A stretch of 64,000 nt of DNA. Source: a virus. Lineage: Duplodnaviria; Caudoviricetes. The notes under the pieces are model-generated. The model searched no databases. It saw nothing but the letters and a program-made list of their open reading frames with translations, and was not told where the DNA came from. The stretch lies in IMG/VR virus record IMGVR_UViG_3300031994_004484. One strand, given 5' to 3'. Each line of letters starts with the position of its first letter. Positions within the stretch are counted from its first letter, which is position 1. Positions 37,868 to 47,372 of the stretch are shown here, piece after piece. A program made the position numbers and the translations under genes.

Positions 37868-39019
37868 ATGTCTAAGATGAAAGAAACCGAATTAGCTGTT
37901 TTTCTTGAAAGATACAAGAGGAATTACCATTATTTGGATTGTAATGAAAAAATTGGCTTCAGAGAGAAGCTTGGTAATATATTCTCTGATTTGGATAAAA
38001 CCAACCCATACAGAAGCGTTTATGAGTACGGGGCGGGAAGCATTGTGGAGTCCAAGGTTGAGGAATTTGTTGACAAGTTCCTATTATGTGATGATAAATT
38101 AAAGGTCAAATATGCAAGAAACTGCGGTGTGACAAGCATGTTTGTTTCCATGATAAAATGGGCAGTCTTAAATGATTACCTGAAAGCGACAAAAGAAATA
38201 TGGTTTGTTTGCCCCGATGGAAAAAACCTTTCTGAGGTGAAAAATAAGATAACAAACGCTTTTTCAGGGGTTTATTACAATCTCCAAATGATGGTTAAAG
38301 GGGATGAGATAAGATTCAAGAACGGTTCGTCAGTTTTTCTCATAAACGCTTTGAAACCATATAGTTTTATAGGAAAGTCAAATCCTGAAATTGTTTTTAT
38401 TGACGGTTTTGCTGATATGGATAAAAGAAGCAAGCTTTTAGATCGCATCTATCCAATGTTTCCATGCAAAACCATTTATTCGGAAGTTCCGGAAAACGAC
38501 GAGAACAATACGCTTGACATAAATTATGACTTTTCTCTCTCTACCATGAATATACAATGGTTCCATGACCTTGACAGATGTTCAGGATTGAAACTTTCTA
38601 AGGAAATTTCGGGAACAAAGGCCGTTATAAAACCGGAAACGTTCGACGACATTATGGAAATTATAGGAAATGGAAGTTTTATTTACGAACTTCTTTATGA
38701 TGGGTGGATAATAGAAAGTGATGTTGTTCCGTCAAGGAAAAATAATGCTGAAAATATTGAGGAAGACAAGGATAAAAGTCTTTCCGAAATCGCTTTATGT
38801 GTTTCTGAATGTGTCGCCGACATATGTGAAAGAACAGGTGTTGATGAAACAAAGAAAATTTTGGATTTGTTCAATAATTGCACAACAGTAAAGGAAACAA
38901 TGTCGTTATACCATACATTAGAGGATTTGACAGTCAAGAAAGCCGACAAAGACGAGGAAGATTATGTGAAATCGGAAAATTATATAAATTTCTTAAAAGA
39001 TATTTTCGCTAAATTTTAA
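37868..39019 (+). CDS. Degenerate terminase-large-subunit ATPase-like protein
   Basis: KYARNCGVTS, IRFKNGS, IVFIDG (no catalytic Glu), QWFHD; no nuclease domain recognised. Confidence 0.5.
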   Translation: MSKMKETELAVFLERYKRNYHYLDCNEKIGFREKLGNIFSDLDKTNPYRSVYEYGAGSIVESKVEEFVDKFLLCDDKLKVKYARNCGVTSMFVSMIKWAVLNDYLKATKEIWFVCPDGKNLSEVKNKITNAFSGVYYNLQMMVKGDEIRFKNGSSVFLINALKPYSFIGKSNPEIVFIDGFADMDKRSKLLDRIYPMFPCKTIYSEVPENDENNTLDINYDFSLSTMNIQWFHDLDRCSGLKLSKEISGTKAVIKPETFDDIMEIIGNGSFIYELLYDGWIIESDVVPSRKNNAENIEEDKDKSLSEIALCVSECVADICERTGVDETKKILDLFNNCTTVKETMSLYHTLEDLTVKKADKDEEDYVKSENYINFLKDIFAKF

Positions 39020-39024
39020 TAAAC

Positions 39025-40563
39025 ATGTCAACACAGGAAGAAAAAGAGAAGCAACAGCGCGAGCTCGACAACGAGAAATACAAGCGCGACAAACAATTGG
39101 CAATATTGAAAGCCTCAAACCAAATGCTTGAGGAGGCTAAGGAAAGCATACGTGAGAAATGGAGTGACGACCCGATACAACTGAACAAACTCCTCAATGA
39201 CGTTGACAAGGCCAAATTGGAGAACTATCAAATAGGTGAGAAACATCTGAAAGCGGGTTCGGAAGAGATAAATGGAGCCAATTTCGGAAAAGTCAGCAAG
39301 GTATGGATTGACAAGTACAACAACCATCTCAGGACCATAGGCATGACCGACGAGCAAATGAGGAGAAAATCAATCGACGGTGAAGATGAAAACGCTGCGA
39401 AGGTTGTTGCAAGTTCGGATTCGAAGCAGAAAGACAAGAAAAAATGGTTTTCATTTTCCAAAAAGAAAGATGTGGATGAAAATATTTCCGCTGAGGATTT
39501 CAATACAAACAAAAGAACCGTGAAAGGTGACGGTTATGTCGAAACTGACGAAAAAATAGAGGAAAAAGAGGTGATTAAAGAAGAAAAGGTTGACGAAAGC
39601 AATGCCCTTATCGAAAAAAAGATAGGTATAGCGGGACGTACCGAAAACATCGAATACCCCGAATTTGACCCAAGCACCCTTAATCCTTTGACGAGGTTTG
39701 ACATAATAGAACTGCCTTCGAAAGGAGAGTGTTATGCAAGCAAAAAAGGTAGGATTCCCGTGAGGGAACTCACAGCCGCCGATGAGAATCTTATAGCCTC
39801 GCCGAACATGTACGCCAACGGCCAGTTGATAGAAACGATATTAAGGAGATGTATTCTTGACAAAAACTTCAGTGTTGAGGACATGTGTGCAGGGGACAGG
39901 GATGCTGTTGTCCTATGGCTGAGGGCTACCGCTTTCGGACCCGAATACAAGATTTCGGGTATAAATCCGACCAATGGCAAGAAATACGACGCAACAATAA
40001 ACCTTGGTGATTTCAAATACAAGGAATTCAACCTGAAAGGTGATGAAAACGGTTGTTTTGACTACACCTTTGAAAACGGTGATGTCGCAAAATTCAAAAT
40101 TCTTTCATTCAAGGAGAATCAGGAGGTTCAGGAAGAGATAGCCCTGCAATATATTGACAACAAAAAATACATTGTCCATCAGAGGATTAGTGAAATCAAG
40201 AGGCAGGTTGACGAGATATTCAAGCAGGAACTTGCGGATGAAACCTTGAACGATGCAATAGATTACATTGAGGAATGGTCGGATAAAATCGATGCCGAAG
40301 GGTTTGAAAACAACGCCTACGGTGAGTTTGTGACGAGAAGCATGGTGAAAAGGACTGTTTCCATAAACGGAAACACAGACAGGAAGTATATCGAGGAATA
40401 TGTAGGAAACATGAGGATGTCGGATGCGAAGAAATACAGGGAATATATGTTTGAAAATTCACCAGGTGTTGATTTCTCGTTCGAGGTTCAGATTCCCGAG
40501 TCAGACGGAGGTGGCTCAGTGTCTTCCTTTCTTGCCTACGACGACACTATTTTCCTTGAGTAA
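39025..40563 (+). CDS. Baseplate hub assembly protein/tail assembly chaperone (T4 gp26/gp51-like)
   Basis: IELPSKG, RELTAADENLI, GDRDAVVLWLRATAFG, PGVDF. Confidence 0.75.
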   Translation: MSTQEEKEKQQRELDNEKYKRDKQLAILKASNQMLEEAKESIREKWSDDPIQLNKLLNDVDKAKLENYQIGEKHLKAGSEEINGANFGKVSKVWIDKYNNHLRTIGMTDEQMRRKSIDGEDENAAKVVASSDSKQKDKKKWFSFSKKKDVDENISAEDFNTNKRTVKGDGYVETDEKIEEKEVIKEEKVDESNALIEKKIGIAGRTENIEYPEFDPSTLNPLTRFDIIELPSKGECYASKKGRIPVRELTAADENLIASPNMYANGQLIETILRRCILDKNFSVEDMCAGDRDAVVLWLRATAFGPEYKISGINPTNGKKYDATINLGDFKYKEFNLKGDENGCFDYTFENGDVAKFKILSFKENQEVQEEIALQYIDNKKYIVHQRISEIKRQVDEIFKQELADETLNDAIDYIEEWSDKIDAEGFENNAYGEFVTRSMVKRTVSINGNTDRKYIEEYVGNMRMSDAKKYREYMFENSPGVDFSFEVQIPESDGGGSVSSFLAYDDTIFLE

Positions 40564-40564
40564 C

Positions 40565-40732
40565 GTGATAGAACCTGAAACCCTTAAAAGGGAGCTTTGG
40601 CTCTGCCACTCTTACATGAAGATAGGTATGGAGGATTTGTATCAGCTTCCAACCGCAGACAGGAGGGATTATATAAGGATACATAATTTGACAACGGAGA
40701 ATGAAAAAAGAAAAATGGGCGCGAAACATTGA
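40565..40732 (+). CDS. Tail assembly chaperone C-terminal extension (GTG start or +1 frameshift product)
   Basis: ELWLCHSYMKIGMEDLYQLPTADRRDYI; lies between chaperone and tape measure. Confidence 0.6.
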   Translation: MIEPETLKRELWLCHSYMKIGMEDLYQLPTADRRDYIRIHNLTTENEKRKMGAKH

Positions 40733-40745
40733 TTTTGCGCCTTTT
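40718..40745 (+). terminator. Intrinsic terminator before tape-measure promoter
   Basis: GGCGCGAAA / TTTTGCGCC plus TTTT. Confidence 0.6.
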
Positions 40746-40776
40746 GCTATTTATAATTAACAAATTATGCATATTG

Positions 40777-43764
40777 ATGGCTGCTTCAAGACAAACCGAG
40801 ATATTAGATCAACTTAAAGAAATAAACGAGAGTTTGAAAAACTTCAAATCAGATAAAGAAAAATCTGATAAGGATGCTGATTTGTCTAAAACACTTAAAT
40901 CTTTGGGTTTTGAAAATGCTGGAAAAGACGATATTATAGGTAATCTTAAAAATATAAAAACAGGTGGCAGCTTATTAAAGAACAAAACAACACCCGGCGG
41001 CGCTTCTCTTGAAGGTGAAGCGTTAAAATCGGCAGCAAGTAATACAGCAAAGGCAATTGGGAATATAATAGAAACGGTTGGAAACGGTGTCACCGATGTT
41101 GTTTATAAAGTATTAGAAAACAGGCTAAAAAAACAAGAAGCAAGGTTAAATGCCTCGGCTGAACTGCAAAAGCGAGAGCTTCAAGTTTTTGGCGAAACTA
41201 TGAAGCGTGCTACTGAGATAATGGCCGACAATGTTACCGGTAAGATATTCGACACGGCGTATAAGTCGTTGGACGCTGTAATGGCGGGAGGAAGACAGTT
41301 TTATATCAAAAGCATACAAGACCAACTTACAATGGCGAGGATGCAGACTGAAATAAGAAAACTGAATTTAGATACTGCCTCAGCCATAACCGCTCAGGCA
41401 ACACAACTTGCAAGTGGCATAGCCCAAGCTTTAGGGCCGGTTGGCCAGATAGCCGGTAGCATGTTGTCTCTTGCCGGTAATATAACAAAAAAACAATTGG
41501 CTTTGGCTGCTGCACAGGCTGATTGGAGGTTAAAATTACAAGAAAAAGAGAATGAGGTTGTAGAAGAGTTTGTCAATCAGGTTAACGAAATGTCGTCTGC
41601 ATACAAGAACATGTCTAAAAGTGTGACGGAGGTCTTTTATAATCTGACAAACAAAAGTTTCGAGTACGGTAGAAGTCTTGGATTTAGTGGCGAACAAATA
41701 CATAGTTACAGCGATTCTGTTATTAGATTGAATGAAAATTTGGCGCAGGTTGGTTTGACCTTTGAAGACTACTACAAAATGCAGGAAACCTATAATGACA
41801 GGAACGGTCGTGCGGGTATAATCAGTGATAATGAAGCGCTAATGATGGGGGGGCTTGCGTTTAGAACGGGTGCGGATATCAATGATATAGCAAGCATAAC
41901 CGGTGTCATACAGCAGTTCAACATCTCGATAGACAACGGAAGCCAAATGATGTATGAGATTTCAAACACTGCAAGCAAGATGGGGCTTTCTGCAAAGAAA
42001 TTCACCAAAGATGTTGAACAAAACTTAAAACTTGCGGAAAAATACCAATTCAAAGGCGGTGTAAGAGGTATGATGGATATGGTGTTGCAGGCTCAGAAAT
42101 TACGTTTCAATATCAATGAGTTGAGCGGTTCAATGGAGAAAATGTTGAGCGGTAACATTGAGGATGTCATGCAGACAAGCGCGAGACTTAATGTTCTTGG
42201 TGGTAATGCGGCGATATTCTCGGACCCGTTCTCAATGATGTACAACGCCGCCGCGAACCCGAAAGCTTACATGGAGAATCTGAACCGTATGATAGGCGGT
42301 TATGGTACATTTAACAAGAAAACGGGTGAAACGGATTTCAGTATAAATGAAGTATACAGAATGCGAGCCATAGCTGACGCGACAGGCCAATCCTCCGAGA
42401 ACGTGATGAATCAGGCAAGACAGAAAAACAAGGAAGCTGCCTTGAGAAGACAGTTCGGTAGTTATGCGGGTTTTGATAAATACTCCGATATGATTGCCCA
42501 AAACGCTGTTTACAATAGGGAAAGTGGAAAATGGGAGATAAAGGTTGCTGACAGGTCAAAAGAGGGTGGTTTCAGGACAGAAACCCTTGAAAATGCTTTG
42601 GCAAATCCTGAAATGTTTGACAATATATTCCCTGAGGACAAACAAGACACCCTGATTGAATATGTAAGACTTATAGCTGAAAGAATAGCACCACAACAAG
42701 CACAGGAATTTGAAAACAAACGCGGTATTGCAAAGGTCATGGGTTCAGAAGGTGTTGCAGGCTCATTATATAAAATGTCTGACGAACTTGTAAAAGAACA
42801 TAGAAGAAACATTGATGAAAATATAGACAAGTATGTTAAAGGTATCATTGCCACCTCTGAAGCCACGGTTAGGGCTCAAGAGACAATGAATAAAATAGCC
42901 GAAAGTGACGAGATTTTCGATTCATATCTGACATCACTTAGAGTGAATCAAGAACAAATGGATAAGTTTAGCGAAGACATAAAAGATATGGACAGCGTCT
43001 TCGGTAAATTACTTGAAGCATATAACAAAGGTGGTTTGGAGTCTTTGGCTAAAGTGGTCCAAACAAATTTCAAAGCAATGAATTACAAATCGGATAAAGT
43101 CACCAAAGCAGCTGAAGACGGTACAATTACGAAAGAAGAGTGGTCAAAATTATCACATAAAGAAAAAAATGAGTTTATAAAACAAAACCCATTGAGAGGT
43201 ATTCCGCGTTTTGCACAGCGTTGGCTTATGAATAATGGTGCAGTACAGAGAATAAATGATGATTACTACACCAAGGAAGGCCAATATATTCGTTTAGAAG
43301 GGAATTCGGTTGGTGGTGTTGATTCGAAAACAAAATGGAATGGTTTATCTGATTCACAAAAAGTAAGGGGCTTGCCTTATATGATTGCGGCGCCGTTTAA
43401 AAAGAATTATGGTGATTGGGGTACAATACAAACAAAACAGGCAAATGATGTTATTATTTCCCCGAAACACGGCGTTTTTGAAACCGCCCCACAAGATACG
43501 ATTGTCGCATGGAAGCCAGGCGGTGATATTGACAGGAGTGAAACAAAAAAGAGGCCTAATGGAAACATATCCGGCAACGCAACACTTACAATAAACGGAA
43601 CTTTAAAGCTGGATAGCGGCAGAACATCGATTGATTTGATGGAAATTTTAAGAAACGACCCGAAAGCGTTAAGAGAGTTAGCCAAGGAAGTTATAGTTGA
43701 AGGCAGCAGAACTGTGTTTGGAGGAAAACCGCTATATGCGCCAAATCGTTACACATTCACATAA
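40777..43764 (+). CDS. Tape measure protein
   Basis: About 1000 aa, helical and Ala/Gln-rich; follows chaperone; ATG 40777 lies just after TATTTAT. Confidence 0.75.
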   Translation: MAASRQTEILDQLKEINESLKNFKSDKEKSDKDADLSKTLKSLGFENAGKDDIIGNLKNIKTGGSLLKNKTTPGGASLEGEALKSAASNTAKAIGNIIETVGNGVTDVVYKVLENRLKKQEARLNASAELQKRELQVFGETMKRATEIMADNVTGKIFDTAYKSLDAVMAGGRQFYIKSIQDQLTMARMQTEIRKLNLDTASAITAQATQLASGIAQALGPVGQIAGSMLSLAGNITKKQLALAAAQADWRLKLQEKENEVVEEFVNQVNEMSSAYKNMSKSVTEVFYNLTNKSFEYGRSLGFSGEQIHSYSDSVIRLNENLAQVGLTFEDYYKMQETYNDRNGRAGIISDNEALMMGGLAFRTGADINDIASITGVIQQFNISIDNGSQMMYEISNTASKMGLSAKKFTKDVEQNLKLAEKYQFKGGVRGMMDMVLQAQKLRFNINELSGSMEKMLSGNIEDVMQTSARLNVLGGNAAIFSDPFSMMYNAAANPKAYMENLNRMIGGYGTFNKKTGETDFSINEVYRMRAIADATGQSSENVMNQARQKNKEAALRRQFGSYAGFDKYSDMIAQNAVYNRESGKWEIKVADRSKEGGFRTETLENALANPEMFDNIFPEDKQDTLIEYVRLIAERIAPQQAQEFENKRGIAKVMGSEGVAGSLYKMSDELVKEHRRNIDENIDKYVKGIIATSEATVRAQETMNKIAESDEIFDSYLTSLRVNQEQMDKFSEDIKDMDSVFGKLLEAYNKGGLESLAKVVQTNFKAMNYKSDKVTKAAEDGTITKEEWSKLSHKEKNEFIKQNPLRGIPRFAQRWLMNNGAVQRINDDYYTKEGQYIRLEGNSVGGVDSKTKWNGLSDSQKVRGLPYMIAAPFKKNYGDWGTIQTKQANDVIISPKHGVFETAPQDTIVAWKPGGDIDRSETKKRPNGNISGNATLTINGTLKLDSGRTSIDLMEILRNDPKALRELAKEVIVEGSRTVFGGKPLYAPNRYTFT

Positions 43765-43795
43765 TAGAAAAAAATGAACAAATAGGATAGATAAT

Positions 43796-46700
43796 ATGGA
43801 AAGACCTGTTTTTGGTTTGGATTACAGAAGTATTTTGGATGGAATGTCGTCCATTGTGAACGATACTGATTTCACAATCGGCAATTTTTCGCGCTTTAAT
43901 GACAGGATGTATTTTGTCATGACAAGCCTCATGCAAATTAACCGCTTGGAAAAGGACGCAACACTTGATATGATTAGCGGTTCACAAAGTCAGGCTTCGC
44001 CAAACAGCAAGCACATAACAAATGAAGCACAAAGACCCGGATATGTTTTTGACAACAACTACGTTGATGCGGTAAACAGTCTTTATTACATGTCTGACTA
44101 TGCAGGCAGTCATACAACACGCAGAAGAGCAAGCCAAAGCCTGATGGATGAAAGGGGTGACAACTTATATCCAAACCAATTGGATTCTTCGGACGATTAT
44201 ATAGCGGGTCGTTCGTGGAATGTATACACGGAAGACGAATGGGCTGACAAGAACTCCATACTATATAAAACAAAACGACTTTTTCAGGACAGGAAAATAG
44301 GTACGTTGATAGAGCAGTTCGGAACAAACACTGATGGCGGTGGTTCTGAGTATATGCAGGCAGGCGATGTTGGCACTGATGCTTACGGCATGTCAAAAGG
44401 TAGAAACCTTTTAATAAAAGCAGCTGAAACAAAAGGAGGAAAATATCCCGACAGGGGTTATAACAACCCGTATTGCAGGGTTTGGACGTATTTCCACAAA
44501 TACAACACAACAAAGGACCTCATCAGGCCATTCAGAAAAGAAGACAATCAGGAACCACAGGATATAAAAACAGTTCATTCATGGAATGCCGATGGTGATA
44601 AAAAATGGTGGCAATCTGAAAGTGAAACAGGTAACGGTTACATGTGGAAAGACGGTCATAGTGCAAGGTGGGAAAAGAGCGTTCTAAACAGACATGGCGA
44701 CGGTTTGGTTAACATAACCCCAAAATACAATAGTGGTGATTCTATACACACAAAAGACTGTATGTTTTCAATAGAAAACCTTGCATGGAAGGATTACGAC
44801 CCTTATAAGTTCGACTCAAATCTCTCTTGGGAACAGAGAGGACCTCATGGAGGTAGGATAATGTGGTTTCCACCATATGGACTTGAATTCAGCGAAACAA
44901 CAAGTGCACAATGGAATGCAAACCAATTCATAGGAAGGGGTGAGGATGTTTACACATACATCAATACAAGACGTTCGGGCAACTTGAGTTTCCTATTATT
45001 GGTGGACCATCCTTCTGTTACGGATTATGCCACATGGTACAATGGGGAGAAAGGTTTCAATATGAGTGCGGGTGTATTGAACGAGAGCGACATATTGCGG
45101 TATTTCGCGGGATGTGACCCAGCTGATGCCTCAAACGGTGACAAACAGAACGTGAACAATTTGAATTCGTTTACAAGGCCGACTCCAAAAGAACACGAGC
45201 AAGAGTGTGCAGCACCAAGTGAAAAAGAGCCTGAGAAGACTCCTGAGCCCGAAGAACCTGAAAACAAAACACACAGCAAAGAAGAAACTGTTGAATTTTG
45301 TGTATATTATCCGAACAACTATTCAGGTAATTTCGACTGTGACGACAGTGAAGTAGGTGGTGTTGAGTTTGTAATAAATTATCTTCTTGCAGGCAGGAAT
45401 GCACAAGAGGGATTTGTTTTGGAAGAACCGTCAAACAATCCTGTAAGAAAGTTAATTCCAATAGACTATGATAACGCCATAGGGTATGAAATAGGTTCAA
45501 CAGGTATAACAAACGACACATGGGAAGGACAGGTTAACAATCAAACGATAATAGGAAATCAGAAACCGTGGTCTCAAACAGGTTCAAAATACATGCCTGA
45601 CAAAAGCAAGTTATGGTATTACAGGATTGATGGTAAGTATGAAGTTCCGAAATCCTCAGGAGAATCGGGAAACAACAGATATTCGAATACATATGACCAA
45701 CTTTTGACGGTAAAAACCAACTACAAAGACAATAGAAGCTTCCGTCTCAACACCTCTTTGGACAACCAAACAAATGTATATGGGGGTCAGATTCCTGATG
45801 ATGCATACACATTTTCAGAAGTTGCGGAGGCGTTTATACCATGGTGGAGCAGCAACTTTGAAAAAACAACATCATTTTTCAAGAATAGTTCGTCGATAAA
45901 CAATGATTCAGGGCGTGTTGGGTATTTGGACAGCTTGTTCAGAGAAGGTAAATTAACAAAAATAGAATGTATCGGTTATTCAAACTCACATGGACAAAAC
46001 GCAAGCCAGACGGTAAATTCTAAGAGAAACGAGGTGTTGGCGACAAAACGCGCAGAGACCATAATGAAATGGTTGAAAATGAACAGTGATTGGGCCGATG
46101 TTGAAACAAGCGTAAGTCATGAATCCGCAAAATTTGTCGAAAACGAACCCAAAAACAATCCTAACGCAAGTTCGTTGGAGGCTAAAATATACAGAATGGC
46201 TAAATGTGTCTTGACTTTCCAAGTTGATGAAACTGAGACGCTTGAAGAATCAAGTGAGGAAATGAAGACGAACCCCGAAGTAAAGGATGAGGTTGAAAAC
46301 AACCTTTCCAACGATATGAGCGGTGGCGGTGAGGCTAATAAAGACCTTGTAAGTGAAGTAAGTCTGACTGAAAGCGAATATGACGACAAAAAATGGAACA
46401 AGATACGTTACGATCAGGAGTTTTTCTTTTTCAAGAAATTCAAAGACGAACATCCGATTGCTTATCAGAAATTAATGGACAAGTTACAGTACTTTAATCC
46501 GGCATTCCACTCAATGACACCTGAAGGATTCAACAGCAGGTTGACATTCCTAAACCAATGCACAAGGGCGGGTGAGACGATAGGCGCTTCCGACAAGAAC
46601 AGAAAATCGGCAAGCAACATGGCCTTTGGAAGGCCTCCGTTCTGCGTATTGAGGGTTGGTGATTTCTATAATCAAATGATTGTGATAAATCAGATACATA

Positions 46701-47014
46701 TCGATTATAACGTATCTGACGGTCTTATGTGGGATTTGAACGACGAGGGTGTAGGGGTTCAACCGATGTTGGCAAAGGTTACAATAGATTTCAATTTCAT
46801 AGGCGGCGGAAGTCTTGGTGGCGCCATAAGGAGGTTGCAGAACGCCATGACATTCAACTACTACGCAAATGCCGAGCTTTATGATAACAGGGCCGACCAA
46901 ATAACATACACAATAGACGAGGATATCGCTGTTGGTGGCGGTTATGGAAACGGTGTGATAGACGAAAAAGCTTCAAAGTTCAGAAATGTGATTTTGGAAG
47001 ATTTGACCCAATAA
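43796..47014 (+). CDS. Baseplate/tail-tube-initiator-type protein with an inserted OmpA-C-like domain
   Basis: GRIMWFPPY, FIGRGE, PPFCVLRVGDFY; IECIGYSNSHG...NEVLATKRAETI. Confidence 0.6.
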   Translation: MERPVFGLDYRSILDGMSSIVNDTDFTIGNFSRFNDRMYFVMTSLMQINRLEKDATLDMISGSQSQASPNSKHITNEAQRPGYVFDNNYVDAVNSLYYMSDYAGSHTTRRRASQSLMDERGDNLYPNQLDSSDDYIAGRSWNVYTEDEWADKNSILYKTKRLFQDRKIGTLIEQFGTNTDGGGSEYMQAGDVGTDAYGMSKGRNLLIKAAETKGGKYPDRGYNNPYCRVWTYFHKYNTTKDLIRPFRKEDNQEPQDIKTVHSWNADGDKKWWQSESETGNGYMWKDGHSARWEKSVLNRHGDGLVNITPKYNSGDSIHTKDCMFSIENLAWKDYDPYKFDSNLSWEQRGPHGGRIMWFPPYGLEFSETTSAQWNANQFIGRGEDVYTYINTRRSGNLSFLLLVDHPSVTDYATWYNGEKGFNMSAGVLNESDILRYFAGCDPADASNGDKQNVNNLNSFTRPTPKEHEQECAAPSEKEPEKTPEPEEPENKTHSKEETVEFCVYYPNNYSGNFDCDDSEVGGVEFVINYLLAGRNAQEGFVLEEPSNNPVRKLIPIDYDNAIGYEIGSTGITNDTWEGQVNNQTIIGNQKPWSQTGSKYMPDKSKLWYYRIDGKYEVPKSSGESGNNRYSNTYDQLLTVKTNYKDNRSFRLNTSLDNQTNVYGGQIPDDAYTFSEVAEAFIPWWSSNFEKTTSFFKNSSSINNDSGRVGYLDSLFREGKLTKIECIGYSNSHGQNASQTVNSKRNEVLATKRAETIMKWLKMNSDWADVETSVSHESAKFVENEPKNNPNASSLEAKIYRMAKCVLTFQVDETETLEESSEEMKTNPEVKDEVENNLSNDMSGGGEANKDLVSEVSLTESEYDDKKWNKIRYDQEFFFFKKFKDEHPIAYQKLMDKLQYFNPAFHSMTPEGFNSRLTFLNQCTRAGETIGASDKNRKSASNMAFGRPPFCVLRVGDFYNQMIVINQIHIDYNVSDGLMWDLNDEGVGVQPMLAKVTIDFNFIGGGSLGGAIRRLQNAMTFNYYANAELYDNRADQITYTIDEDIAVGGGYGNGVIDEKASKFRNVILEDLTQ

Positions 47015-47042
47015 CATTATATTTAAGTTAGAGATTTTAACA

Positions 47043-47372
47043 ATGGCTTATTACGACAGATACAAGGAATTTAGAGTTGACGATTTTGTTGACGCACCAA
47101 TGCCGTTTATACCGATTCCAGAGAGCGACACTGACATAAAAGTTGTTTTTGATGGGTCAAAAATGCGTTTGGATTCGTTGTCGTACAAATATTATGGCGA
47201 CCCGAACTATGCGTGGCTAATACTTAATGCAAATCCGGAAGTTTCACCGTATGAATATCTAATAGACAACGGAACAGAACTAAGGATACCTTATCCAATA
47301 GCAAGCGCGATAGAAAGATATGAAAAATCAATAGAGAAATACGAACTTGAACACGGAAATGGAGGAAAATAA
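47043..47372 (+). CDS. LysM-like baseplate wedge protein (gp53/gpX-like)
   Basis: RLDSLSYKYYGDPNYAWLILNANP...LRIP. Confidence 0.8.
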   Translation: MAYYDRYKEFRVDDFVDAPMPFIPIPESDTDIKVVFDGSKMRLDSLSYKYYGDPNYAWLILNANPEVSPYEYLIDNGTELRIPYPIASAIERYEKSIEKYELEHGNGGK

